Positions 18,249 to 26,811 of a DNA stretch of 64,000 nt are shown here, in pieces. Positions within the stretch are counted from its first letter, which is position 1, and each line of letters opens with the position of its first letter. Position numbers and translations under genes: made by a program. The notes below the pieces were generated by a model that did not search any database, was not told the origin of the DNA, and saw only the letters and a list, made by a program, of their open reading frames with translations. Source of the stretch: a virus; IMG/VR virus record IMGVR_UViG_3300025425_001694; one strand, 5' to 3'.

Positions 18249-18278
18249 AATAAATAACTCTATCAAAGGAGTTATATT
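18249..18278 (+). promoter_or_regulatory. Late-promoter variant overlapping an RBS-sequestering hairpin
   Basis: AATAAATA 18249-18256; ataactc/gagttat stem covers GGAG. Confidence 0.6.
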
Positions 18279-18713
18279 ATGTGGCATTACAAAGATAAAG
18301 AATTTACTTCAGAAATGATTGGGGATTATATCGGTTTTGTTTACATAATCACTGACGTTTCAAACGATAAGAAATATATCGGAAAAAAAATCTTTAAATC
18401 AAAAAGAAGACTTAAACCGCTTAAGGGTAAAACCCGTAGGCGGACTAAAATTGTTGAATCTGATTGGATGAAATACTATGGCTCATCAGAAACAGTTCAA
18501 TTGATATTAGAAGAAAAGGGAGTAAATAACTTTCATAGAGAAATAATTCATCTCTGTGATAAGAAAGGAGAAATGGGATACCTCGAGCTTTATGAACAAA
18601 TTACTCGTCACGCATTATTAGATGACTCATATTACAATGGTATATGCCAAGCTAAAATACATAGAAGCCATGTTAAGGGATTAAAATGGCTTATGAGTGA
18701 TACTAATAGTTGA
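18279..18713 (+). CDS. GIY-YIG endonuclease (Seg/EndoII-like)
   Basis: GFVYII...KYIGKK, YYGSS, FHREII, E...YYN. Confidence 0.85.
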   Translation: MWHYKDKEFTSEMIGDYIGFVYIITDVSNDKKYIGKKIFKSKRRLKPLKGKTRRRTKIVESDWMKYYGSSETVQLILEEKGVNNFHREIIHLCDKKGEMGYLELYEQITRHALLDDSYYNGICQAKIHRSHVKGLKWLMSDTNS

Positions 18714-18738
18714 CATTTATATTCAATTGTGTTATATT
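18710..18738 (+). promoter_or_regulatory. Sigma70-type promoter
   Basis: TTGACA-N17-TATATT; AGAATCA just downstream (18747). Confidence 0.7.
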
Positions 18739-18773
18739 AGAAATATAGAATCAAACATGCCGGAGAAAAGCAA

Positions 18774-19022
18774 ATGATTATTAAAAGAAAAAGTGTTATT
18801 AGTGGAACTGTTCGTTCATTGGATATTCCTGTTAATCCTGACGATTATGCTACATGGAAATCTGGCCTTGAAAGTATTCAAAAAGCTATGCCTTATCTTA
18901 ATGATGCTGATCGCGAGTTTATTCTCTCTGGCATTACAAGTAGTGAATGGGACAGTGCTTTTTCTGAAACGATTGAAGATATTATTTCTGATACAGTATT
19001 AAGCAGAAAGCTTTCGGTTTGA
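18774..19022 (+). CDS. Phage hypothetical protein
   Basis: IQKAMPYL...REFILSGIT..EW motif. Confidence 0.75.
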   Translation: MIIKRKSVISGTVRSLDIPVNPDDYATWKSGLESIQKAMPYLNDADREFILSGITSSEWDSAFSETIEDIISDTVLSRKLSV

Positions 19023-19669
19023 TTGTATTATTTAACGGACCTCCTAGGTCAGGAAAAGATGAGGCTGCTGACTATTTTAAACAAAAAGGGTTTAAACACC
19101 TTTCTTTTAAGTACCAGCTATACAGAGAAACATGTAACTATTTCAAATGTGACTATGAATGGTTTATAGAACGATATGACAATCGCAGCTTAAAAGAAGT
19201 TCCTCATGTTGATCTTGGCCATATGTCTTGTCGTGAAGCAATGATATACGTATCAGAAAAAGTTATTAAACCAAAACATGGTTTAGATTTTTTTGGAAAA
19301 CAAGTTGCAAATGAAATTAACTTATCAAAAGATTATTGTATTTCAGACGGTGGCTTTATTGATGAACTCATTCCGGTTATAAATAGAATTGGTTCCGATA
19401 ATTTTGTTTTGGTACAACTTACTAGAGACGGTTGCGATTATTCTTCAGATTCAAGAAGATATTTTGACGGTGAATTAATTCACCAATATATAAATTCGCA
19501 CGAAACACCAATTCAAAAAAAATATGTTTTACCTCATAAATTTAATGTAAAAACATATAGAATTCATAATAACGGCGCGCTCGGAGCCTTTCACAATGTA
19601 TTAAAAGATATTTACGCAAAGGAATGTCATGAGCGAGCATCAAGAGCAAAAGAAAACTGTCAAGTCTAA
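19019..19669 (+). CDS. Deoxynucleoside monophosphate kinase-like
   Basis: NGPPRSGKD P-loop, ISDGGF..E, IHNNG. Confidence 0.7.
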   Translation: MIVLFNGPPRSGKDEAADYFKQKGFKHLSFKYQLYRETCNYFKCDYEWFIERYDNRSLKEVPHVDLGHMSCREAMIYVSEKVIKPKHGLDFFGKQVANEINLSKDYCISDGGFIDELIPVINRIGSDNFVLVQLTRDGCDYSSDSRRYFDGELIHQYINSHETPIQKKYVLPHKFNVKTYRIHNNGALGAFHNVLKDIYAKECHERASRAKENCQV

Positions 19670-19859
19670 AATATTTTGCGAAAATCCGTATGATCTAGAA
19701 ACCTTTTTCCAATCGCTGGAAATTGCTGCACACGCAAACAAAGAACTTTTTTTTATGGATAAATTCGTATCTTATGTGCGTCTAGACCCATTAGTTGATA
19801 CTACAGAAATAAGTTATAAAATATTACAAGATTTAGATCTTATAAACATAGAAATTTAA
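19629..19859 (+). CDS. Hypothetical protein
   Basis: RBS AAGGA, in operon. Confidence 0.6.
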   Translation: MSEHQEQKKTVKSKIFCENPYDLETFFQSLEIAAHANKELFFMDKFVSYVRLDPLVDTTEISYKILQDLDLINIEI

Positions 19860-19877
19860 ATTCAAGGAAATTATATT

Positions 19878-20138
19878 ATGTACGATAGAAATGAAATTGC
19901 CGAGTCTTTGAAGAACGGTCGTTGTAAAATTGTCTTTACGAAAGTAAATGGCGATGAACGTGTAATGAATTGCACACTTCACGAGTCTCTACTCCCAGAG
20001 CAGATTGACATAGAAGAACATATTCAAAAGAAAAAACCAAACCAAGACGTTCTTGCAGTTTGGGATATTGATGCCACTGGCTGGCGGTCGTTTCGTTGGG
20101 ATTCAATTAAAGATTTTACAGTCGATTCTGTTCTATGA
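19878..20138 (+). CDS. SH3/WYL-like beta-barrel protein (DUF2693-like)
   Basis: FTKVNGDERVMNCTL...VWD...GWRSFR. Confidence 0.75.
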   Translation: MYDRNEIAESLKNGRCKIVFTKVNGDERVMNCTLHESLLPEQIDIEEHIQKKKPNQDVLAVWDIDATGWRSFRWDSIKDFTVDSVL

Positions 20139-21079
20139 GTTGTGTCTATAAAGGAAAGGTAATAGAAACAGATTTATCTAAAAACTCCAAAGGCGGCACT
20201 GAAATGATGCGCAATCGTCTTGTTGAAAACGTAGATAAAACTTTACTTAAAAAATATGCTGTTCATTTGTCAAGACCTCGAGAATTGTATGGTGATGTAA
20301 AAAACATTTTTTATTGTCACGATCTTGCTTTAGATCCTGAGAACAAAATTCTTAAAGACAATGGCTGGGAAAAATTCGATCATTTTGTGTTCGTTTCATA
20401 TTGGCAAAGAGATCAATATATTTTAATCTATGGAATTCCCTACTCTAAATGTACAGTTATTCAAAACGCTATTGAATTAGAATATTCGCCGATTGAAAAG
20501 CAAACAGGCCAAATTCGTTTAATATATCACACGACTCCACATAGAGGCCTCGAACTTGTATATCCAATTGTTGACGCGTTATCAAAACAATATGACAATA
20601 TTCATTTAGACGTGTATTCTTCTTTTTCAATATACGGTTGGAAGCAAAGAGATAAACCTTTTAAAGAACTTTTCAATAAAATTAAAAATCATAGTCATAT
20701 GACATATCATGGCTCTGTTAATAACAATGTTATTCTTGATGCGTTGAAGAAAAGCCATATATTTTTATTTCCATCTATTTGGCAAGAAACGTCATGCATT
20801 GCTATGATAGAGGCCATCCGCTCTGGGGTTCTAGTAATTCATCCTAGTTACGGTGCTCTTCAAGAAACTGCTGTCGATGCAACTGTGATGTACGAATATA
20901 CTGAAATTGCAAATGATAACGCGAATATGGCTTTTTCCGTAGTTAAAAATTTATTAGAAGCTCAAAAGATTGAACCAAATTTGTTTAATAATATGACTTC
21001 GTCTGAGCGATTTGCCCTTCCTAAAAATAGTATAAATAATTTTACTAACTCTTGGAATAACTTATTGAGGCATTTATAA
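20135..21079 (+). CDS. Glycosyltransferase, GT-B fold (GT4-like)
   Basis: GGTE, PHRGL, FPSIWQETSCIAMIEA (EX7E), GALQET. Confidence 0.85.
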   Translation: MSCVYKGKVIETDLSKNSKGGTEMMRNRLVENVDKTLLKKYAVHLSRPRELYGDVKNIFYCHDLALDPENKILKDNGWEKFDHFVFVSYWQRDQYILIYGIPYSKCTVIQNAIELEYSPIEKQTGQIRLIYHTTPHRGLELVYPIVDALSKQYDNIHLDVYSSFSIYGWKQRDKPFKELFNKIKNHSHMTYHGSVNNNVILDALKKSHIFLFPSIWQETSCIAMIEAIRSGVLVIHPSYGALQETAVDATVMYEYTEIANDNANMAFSVVKNLLEAQKIEPNLFNNMTSSERFALPKNSINNFTNSWNNLLRHL

Positions 21080-21080
21080 A

Positions 21081-21422
21081 ATGGGTGAACTTATTACCTT
21101 TCCGAAAATGAAATTAGATACTCCACCGCAATCCGCTGATGAATTAGCAGAAAAGCTAGCTGACTACAGAACCAGCTTTTCAACAGATGTTGCTGAACAA
21201 ATGTGGAATCTAGTTCTTATCGAAATGGTAAGGTCCGGGTGTAAATTTGATGATAACATGGAAGAGTATTTTCCTTCAATTATACTTTTGTTGGAAGCAA
21301 TCAAATCACTACACCTACAAACTAACGAAATTCATCATACACTACAAGATTTTGCAAAAGATTTTGTTATTGAAGAAGATATCAATGAAGAATCTATTGA
21401 CATTAATGATCTTTTAGATTAA
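21081..21422 (+). CDS. Hypothetical protein
   Basis: In-operon ORF. Confidence 0.7.
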   Translation: MGELITFPKMKLDTPPQSADELAEKLADYRTSFSTDVAEQMWNLVLIEMVRSGCKFDDNMEEYFPSIILLLEAIKSLHLQTNEIHHTLQDFAKDFVIEEDINEESIDINDLLD

Positions 21423-21463
21423 TATAGATCTGTAACACACAGATATGAAAGAAACAATATAAC

Positions 21464-22324
21464 ATGGCTATTTTAATTGACTTTAACCAAGTAATGCTAG
21501 CATCCTTATTCGCTAGCATTGGAAACCACCACAACATTGATGTTGACGAAAACCTTTTACGTCACATGTTCCTCAACTCTATTCGATCAAATCGAAAAAA
21601 GTTCCACGAAGAATTTGGCGAAATTGTAATTTGCGCTGACGGCCAAAAATCATGGCGGCGTGAGTCATATCCATACTACAAAGCAGCACGTAAAAAAACT
21701 CGTGATGAATCTGAATTGGATTGGAACCATTTGTTTAGTATCATAAACAATATTCGCTCTGAACTAAAAGAGTACTTTCCTTATAAAGTAATTCACATCG
21801 ACCATTGCGAAGCAGATGACGTAATTGGAACAGTACTACATAAATATGGTACTGAACTAAATATTGGCGCTGAACAATTTCTTGTTCTGTCTGGCGACCA
21901 CGATTTTAAACAATTGCACAAATACGCAAATGTAAAACAATACGATCCTGTTCGTAAAAAATGGATCCAAAATTCTGATCCTGATAAATATTTACGAGAA
22001 CACATATTAAAAGGAGACGTCGGGGACGGAGTGCCAAACATTCTTTCTGCTGATAATTGTATAGTAGTTGGCGAACGCCAAAAGCCGATGACAGCAAAAA
22101 GAATTGCAAACTTTACTGAAAATCCTGATTCGATGGATTCTCAAACAAAGGCCCGTTTTGACCGCAATACTCTTATGATTGATCTTTGTCAAGTTCCTCA
22201 AAAATATCAAGATATAATTCTTTCTGAATACGCTATTAAAAAAGAATTTGGAAGATCTAAACTATTTAACTATTTCGTACAAAAGAAATTGAAAAACTTA
22301 ATCACGGACATACAGGATTTTTAA
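21464..22324 (+). CDS. rnh: RNase H / 5'-3' exonuclease
   Basis: LIDFNQ, SWRR..YPYYK, EADD, SGDHDFKQL, GDVGDGVPN. Confidence 0.93.
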   Translation: MAILIDFNQVMLASLFASIGNHHNIDVDENLLRHMFLNSIRSNRKKFHEEFGEIVICADGQKSWRRESYPYYKAARKKTRDESELDWNHLFSIINNIRSELKEYFPYKVIHIDHCEADDVIGTVLHKYGTELNIGAEQFLVLSGDHDFKQLHKYANVKQYDPVRKKWIQNSDPDKYLREHILKGDVGDGVPNILSADNCIVVGERQKPMTAKRIANFTENPDSMDSQTKARFDRNTLMIDLCQVPQKYQDIILSEYAIKKEFGRSKLFNYFVQKKLKNLITDIQDF

Positions 22325-22764
22325 TGTTACTATCATTATCTGAAATTATTAATAAAGCATGTGAACTTAACTCAAAAGAGGAAAAGGTAGCATGGCTTCA
22401 ACAAAACGATACCGCTCCCCTACGAACAATTCTTAAAAACACGTATGATAAAGGTGTTGAATTTCTAATTCCTAACGTTCCACCCCCTTGGAAAAAGAAT
22501 GGGTATTTTGACGTTGAAGGAATGCTATTCAAAGAAGCTCGGCGTTTGCGTATTTTCATCAAAGGTGGTGGTTATGATAACCTAAACCAAGCAAAAAGAG
22601 AAAATCTTTTTATTAGTCTATTACAAGACATTGACGATAGAGACGCAGATCTCCTATGTAATATGATTGCACAAAAACCTATTAAAGGATTGCCAAAAGC
22701 AACAGTGATTGAAGCATTCCCAGACCTAATTTCAACAGAAGTAAAAGAGAAAGAAAATGGCTAA
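22324..22764 (+). CDS. Conserved T4-like hypothetical protein
   Basis: KRENLFISLL...AFPDL; follows rnh. Confidence 0.7.
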   Translation: MLLSLSEIINKACELNSKEEKVAWLQQNDTAPLRTILKNTYDKGVEFLIPNVPPPWKKNGYFDVEGMLFKEARRLRIFIKGGGYDNLNQAKRENLFISLLQDIDDRDADLLCNMIAQKPIKGLPKATVIEAFPDLISTEVKEKENG

Positions 22765-22915
22765 GTCGTTTAAAAAATTTAGAGAAGATTACGATGAATG
22801 GGATGATGATAACGAAGATCACGAACGCAAAAAGCAAAAAATGAACATCCAAAACCAACGTCGTAAAAAAGCGCAGGAAAGATCTTCTATTTTTGATGAA
22901 AACGAAAAACCATAA
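22757..22915 (+). CDS. Small charged protein (52 aa)
   Basis: MAKSFKKFREDYDEWDDD...; overlaps upstream stop. Confidence 0.55.
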   Translation: MAKSFKKFREDYDEWDDDNEDHERKKQKMNIQNQRRKKAQERSSIFDENEKP

Positions 22916-22934
22916 TTCTTTTTCATATTAACTA

Positions 22935-22969
22935 TTGACATTTGAGTAGTACTAGTGTATATTGATTCT
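22935..22969 (+). promoter_or_regulatory. Early promoter with GANTC directly after the -10 box
   Basis: TTGACA-N17-TATATT-GATTCT. Confidence 0.75.
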
Positions 22970-22997
22970 ATAGGGTAAAACAAAAGGAATCAGTCTT

Positions 22998-23384
22998 ATG
23001 GGTACTTCATCAATGATCGCAAACTATAACGAAGACGGCACAGTTACAGCAACGTATTGCCATTACGATGGTTATCTTGCATATAACGGCCGTCTTCTTT
23101 TTGATTCATATAACACTCCTGAAAAGGCAAAAGCTGTTGCGAATGCTGGTTATATCTCGAGTTTGAAAAAAGATCTACAAACATCCTTAGATGAGTCAGT
23201 TCACTCAAATCAAGATCCAATAACATATAGCTCTATCGAAGATTTTTTAGCCGAAGGTCGAGAATTTTCCATGGCGGATTATCTTTATCTTTTTGACGGC
23301 GGCGCGTGGTTTTATGCTGCAGCTAACGGTAATAAAAAATTGCTAATGGAAGAAGTTGAACTTAATTTGAAAGAAATGGCATAA
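22998..23384 (+). CDS. Phage early protein
   Basis: YCHYDGY motif; RBS AAGGA. Confidence 0.75.
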   Translation: MGTSSMIANYNEDGTVTATYCHYDGYLAYNGRLLFDSYNTPEKAKAVANAGYISSLKKDLQTSLDESVHSNQDPITYSSIEDFLAEGREFSMADYLYLFDGGAWFYAAANGNKKLLMEEVELNLKEMA

Positions 23385-23387
23385 ATT

Positions 23388-23438
23388 TGAAATTAAATCA
23401 AATTAACTATTGACATTCTCTTTAGAATCAGATAGATT
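23388..23438 (+). promoter_or_regulatory. Early promoter cassette with GANTC in spacer
   Basis: tgaaattaaatcaaattaacta-TTGACAttctctttaGAATCagaTAGATT. Confidence 0.8.
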
Positions 23439-23468
23439 GTATATATCAAATGGAAAAGGAATAACACA

Positions 23469-23828
23469 ATGACAAAGACAATCACAAAATTCGACAAACC
23501 AACACTTCGCAACCTTCGTACTGAAATGCAAGCATTGCTTGAGTCATATGGTGTTAAAACTAATTTGGATATCACGGTAGGAAACATGAGTTTCTCAGAT
23601 GCTGAAGTCAATATTAAAATCCAAGTAAAAGTAAAAGGTGCAGTTACTATGACTGACAGAATTCTTCAAATGGAAGTTGATCGTCTTGGTCTAGTAACAG
23701 TCAATAAAGCAGGAGATAAACTTGTAGAGTATAAAACGCGTGCTCAAAAATACTCATTCGTATATGAGTCTCGTGGAAAAATGTATAAGACCGACGAACG
23801 TGGTGTTCAAGCCCGGTTCGCGGCATAA
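23469..23828 (+). CDS. Early hypothetical protein
   Basis: Own promoter and RBS AAGGA. Confidence 0.75.
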   Translation: MTKTITKFDKPTLRNLRTEMQALLESYGVKTNLDITVGNMSFSDAEVNIKIQVKVKGAVTMTDRILQMEVDRLGLVTVNKAGDKLVEYKTRAQKYSFVYESRGKMYKTDERGVQARFAA

Positions 23829-23846
23829 GTTAAGAAAGAATATAAT

Positions 23847-24425
23847 ATGAAATTGAATGAAAAACTAATCCTCGTAGATTGCGACGGTGTATTGCTTGAT
23901 TGGCAATATTCCTTTTATAAATGGATGGAAGCACGGGGTCATACTCCGCTTTCGTACGATGAATATGATATGGGTAAAGTATTTAATATGCCTTATTCTG
24001 AAGCAAAACAAATGTGTGAATATTTTAATACATCGGCAGCAATTGGATGGCTAACTCCATTCCGTGATGCTGTTAAATACGTACGCAAACTTCACGAAGA
24101 TCACGGCTATGTTTTCCACTGCATTACATCGCTGTCAACAGACAAATATGCTGGTAAACTTCGTAAGAAAAACCTTGAAGCTATTTTTGGTAAAAAAGTT
24201 TTTGAAGAGGTTATTTGTCTAGAATGCGGTGGAGACAAGGATGAAGCCTTGCTACCATATAAAGATACCGGCTGTGCATGGATCGAAGATAAAGAGTCTA
24301 ACGCAGACCTCGGTTTAGAACTTGGTTTAAATTCGATGCTTATTGAACATGGTCATAATAAAAATTATGCTGGTGAAGCAATAAAAGTTGCAAATTGGAA
24401 AGAAATATACGATCTTATTGTATAA
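23847..24425 (+). CDS. HAD-family 5'(3')-deoxyribonucleotidase-like (T4 30.2-like)
   Basis: DCDGVLLDW, ITS, WIEDK, HN. Confidence 0.8.
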   Translation: MKLNEKLILVDCDGVLLDWQYSFYKWMEARGHTPLSYDEYDMGKVFNMPYSEAKQMCEYFNTSAAIGWLTPFRDAVKYVRKLHEDHGYVFHCITSLSTDKYAGKLRKKNLEAIFGKKVFEEVICLECGGDKDEALLPYKDTGCAWIEDKESNADLGLELGLNSMLIEHGHNKNYAGEAIKVANWKEIYDLIV

Positions 24426-24457
24426 ATAAAGGTAATACAGATTAGTTATATTATGCT

Positions 24458-24488
24458 AAGGCGGTTCTGTATGGATCGCCTTTTTTTT
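24458..24488 (+). terminator. Intrinsic terminator
   Basis: aaggcggttc-tgtat-ggatcgcc followed by T8. Confidence 0.75.
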
Positions 24489-24507
24489 ATTTATTAAAGG
24501 AGACTTA

Positions 24508-24741
24508 ATGCCTCATTATAGTTTTGAAAACAAAGAAACAAATGAACAATTTGATAAGATTATGAGCATGTCCGAACGCGAGACATATCTAATAGAAAAC
24601 CCCACCATAAAACAAATATTCAAGAGATTTCCGGGAATCGTTGACTCGGTACGCATTGGTGTCCGTAGACCTGATGATAATTTTCGTGATGTATTACAAA
24701 AAGCAAAAGTTCATAAAGATAACACAATAAACATACGATAG
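24508..24741 (+). CDS. FmdB-like small protein
   Basis: MPHYSF N-terminus, position before phoH; no Cys ligands. Confidence 0.6.
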   Translation: MPHYSFENKETNEQFDKIMSMSERETYLIENPTIKQIFKRFPGIVDSVRIGVRRPDDNFRDVLQKAKVHKDNTINIR

Positions 24742-24777
24742 GAAATGAAATATTTTCCTAATTCGTAAGGAGGTTTC

Positions 24778-25530
24778 ATGGCAACACAGCAGCGTAGATT
24801 ATCTAAAAGAGAAAAGCGTAGACAGGAAAGAGAAATGGATCATATAGTTGGTATTTTAAACCAAAAGTTTTCAATGCGAAAGATCAGTCCATTAACTCCA
24901 ACACAAAGCGATTTATTTCAATCTTATAAACAAGGATACAATCTCGCAGCCATCGGAACAGCAGGTACAGGAAAAACAATGTGTGCTACATACTTAGCAC
25001 TCAAAGATGTACTAGAGAAAGGAGAGTATGAAAAGGTCGTCATAGTTAGATCTGCAGTTCAGACGCGCGAGCAGGGGTTTGTACCCGGCACACTAGAACA
25101 AAAGGAAGCAATATTTGAAGCTCCTTATGTTGACATAGTTAACGATTTATTTAAAAGAAAAGACGCTTATCAAATACTTAAAATGAAAGGAATGATTAAA
25201 TTCACAACTTCTTCAAATATTAGAGGCCTTACATTTGATAACTCAATCATAATTGTTGATGAATGTCAATCCATGAATTATCACGAACTCGATACTATTA
25301 TTACACGGGTTGGTGAATCGTCAAAAATTGTATTCTGCGGTGATACAGCACAGGACGATTTAGCTACTTCTAAAAATAGAGCTGATAATTCAGGACTGCA
25401 CGACTTTTTAAAAGTTCTTAATCAAATCACGTCTTTTAACGTTATAAATTTTGGAGTAGACGATATTGTTCGCTCCGGGCTTGTAAAAGAATATATAATT
25501 GCAAAAGAAAAAATATTAGAAGCTGCTTAA
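24778..25530 (+). CDS. phoH: PhoH-like ATPase
   Basis: GTAGTGKT, RGLTFDN, VDECQ, TRVG, GDTAQ, DIVRSGLVK. Confidence 0.93.
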   Translation: MATQQRRLSKREKRRQEREMDHIVGILNQKFSMRKISPLTPTQSDLFQSYKQGYNLAAIGTAGTGKTMCATYLALKDVLEKGEYEKVVIVRSAVQTREQGFVPGTLEQKEAIFEAPYVDIVNDLFKRKDAYQILKMKGMIKFTTSSNIRGLTFDNSIIIVDECQSMNYHELDTIITRVGESSKIVFCGDTAQDDLATSKNRADNSGLHDFLKVLNQITSFNVINFGVDDIVRSGLVKEYIIAKEKILEAA

Positions 25531-25536
25531 ATACTG

Positions 25537-25577
25537 ATTAGCGCCTCTTTATAAATAAAAGTAAAAGAGGCGCTAAT
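25537..25577 (+). promoter_or_regulatory. T4 late promoter inside a 14-bp RBS-sequestering hairpin
   Basis: attagcgcctcttt / aaagaggcgctaat with TATAAATA at 25550-25557. Confidence 0.8.
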
Positions 25578-25580
25578 ATT

Positions 25581-25883
25581 ATGAGTGGAAAAGCAATAGT
25601 AAGAGATAGAATAGATCGTCATTATGGCCACGCATCTCCAACACCAAACCCATTTCATCAAACACCATACAATTCAACAAAACAATCCAAGGTGTTTGTT
25701 GAAACACGCAAAGCAATCGTAAAAGGTGACAAGACCGCGTGTGGAGATCCAGCTGTAGGCGCATCTACAAAGGTTTTTGCGCAAGGGATTGGCGTGCACA
25801 GAAAATTAGATACTACAGAGGGTCATGGTACTTGGGTTGCAAACGCCGCCAGTTCAGGATCTGGCAAAGTTTTTGCAGGTTGA
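25581..25883 (+). CDS. PAAR-repeat spike tip protein (gp5.4-like)
   Basis: GH...KVFV...GDKTACG...KVFA...H...GSGKVFAG. Confidence 0.85.
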   Translation: MSGKAIVRDRIDRHYGHASPTPNPFHQTPYNSTKQSKVFVETRKAIVKGDKTACGDPAVGASTKVFAQGIGVHRKLDTTEGHGTWVANAASSGSGKVFAG

Positions 25884-25889
25884 TGATTA

Positions 25890-26150
25890 ATGAGTACTAA
25901 ACCAAATTACAGAGATTTACTTGCCCAAATTGCGGCAGAAACAGACCCTGTTGAAAAACAGCGCCTGATTGAACTCTGTTTTCAATTTGTTTTTGACGAT
26001 ATAACTGATGAAGACAAAATAGCCTTTTCGTATGTTAACGACGATTATGTAGTACCAAACCCAGGTTATCAACCATATGGACCGGGAACGGTAGGTCTTT
26101 TTGCAGCCTACGTCGGCCTGTATTACAGTGACGAAGGAGAAACTACATAA
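25890..26150 (+). CDS. Hypothetical (probably virion) protein
   Basis: In late operon between PAAR and fibre genes. Confidence 0.65.
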   Translation: MSTKPNYRDLLAQIAAETDPVEKQRLIELCFQFVFDDITDEDKIAFSYVNDDYVVPNPGYQPYGPGTVGLFAAYVGLYYSDEGETT

Positions 26151-26809
26151 TGGCTGTTGTAACGCTAAGACGCAATAAAGGTTTCGCTTTAACGTTTGAC
26201 GAATTAGATGACAACTTTGCAGCTCTCTCCGGAGGGTTACTTTCTCTTGGTTTAACAATTTCTGACACTGCACCCGCAAATCCGACTGACGGCGAATTGT
26301 GGTTGGATACAGGGATAACAAATAGAACGTTTACTTGGTACGCAAATATATCCGCGTGGGTTGATATTTCTCCTGGCAATAAAACAACAGTTTCAGGGAC
26401 AGAACCTGCTACAAAGAATACTGGCGACGCCTGGTTTGATACTTCAAGTGGCGGCATTGGTTCTTTAGTAATATGGAATGGAAACGCGTGGCTTGAGGTA
26501 ATTGGGGCAGGTGGTGGAGGGGGAGGCGGCGCCAGCAGCGTCACTAGGACTGTTCAAACAGGCAGTATTCGCCATGATTCATCTATAACCTTTGCGGATG
26601 TACAAGTGGGTGACCAGCTAATAATCACCAGTATTGGTACTGGCACATTAGACCTTCGGTCAACAATTAACAGCACACCTTCAGGCTCTTCGTACACAGA
26701 TGATACTATCATTGATGTGACTATAGCAGGCTCATATCTCTTCTTCATACCCGACTTCTTATCAACTCAAAGTAATCAGGTAATTATTTCACAGACAAGG
26801 AGTACATAA
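26150..26809 (+). CDS. Short fibre/adaptor structural protein
   Basis: [18 protein letters not shown] virion-attachment motif; two [14 protein letters not shown] repeats; poly-Gly linker. Confidence 0.65.
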   Translation: MAVVTLRRNKGFALTFDELDDNFAALSGGLLSLGLTISDTAPANPTDGELWLDTGITNRTFTWYANISAWVDISPGNKTTVSGTEPATKNTGDAWFDTSSGGIGSLVIWNGNAWLEVIGAGGGGGGGASSVTRTVQTGSIRHDSSITFADVQVGDQLIITSIGTGTLDLRSTINSTPSGSSYTDDTIIDVTIAGSYLFFIPDFLSTQSNQVIISQTRST

Positions 26810-26811
26810 TA

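Noticed and set aside
23393-23407. Full CtrA box (TTAA-N7-TTAA) upstream of promoter cassettes
   Set aside because: Spacing is N6 (ttaa-atcaaa-ttaac); only a TTAAC half-site remains, too weak in AT-rich DNA
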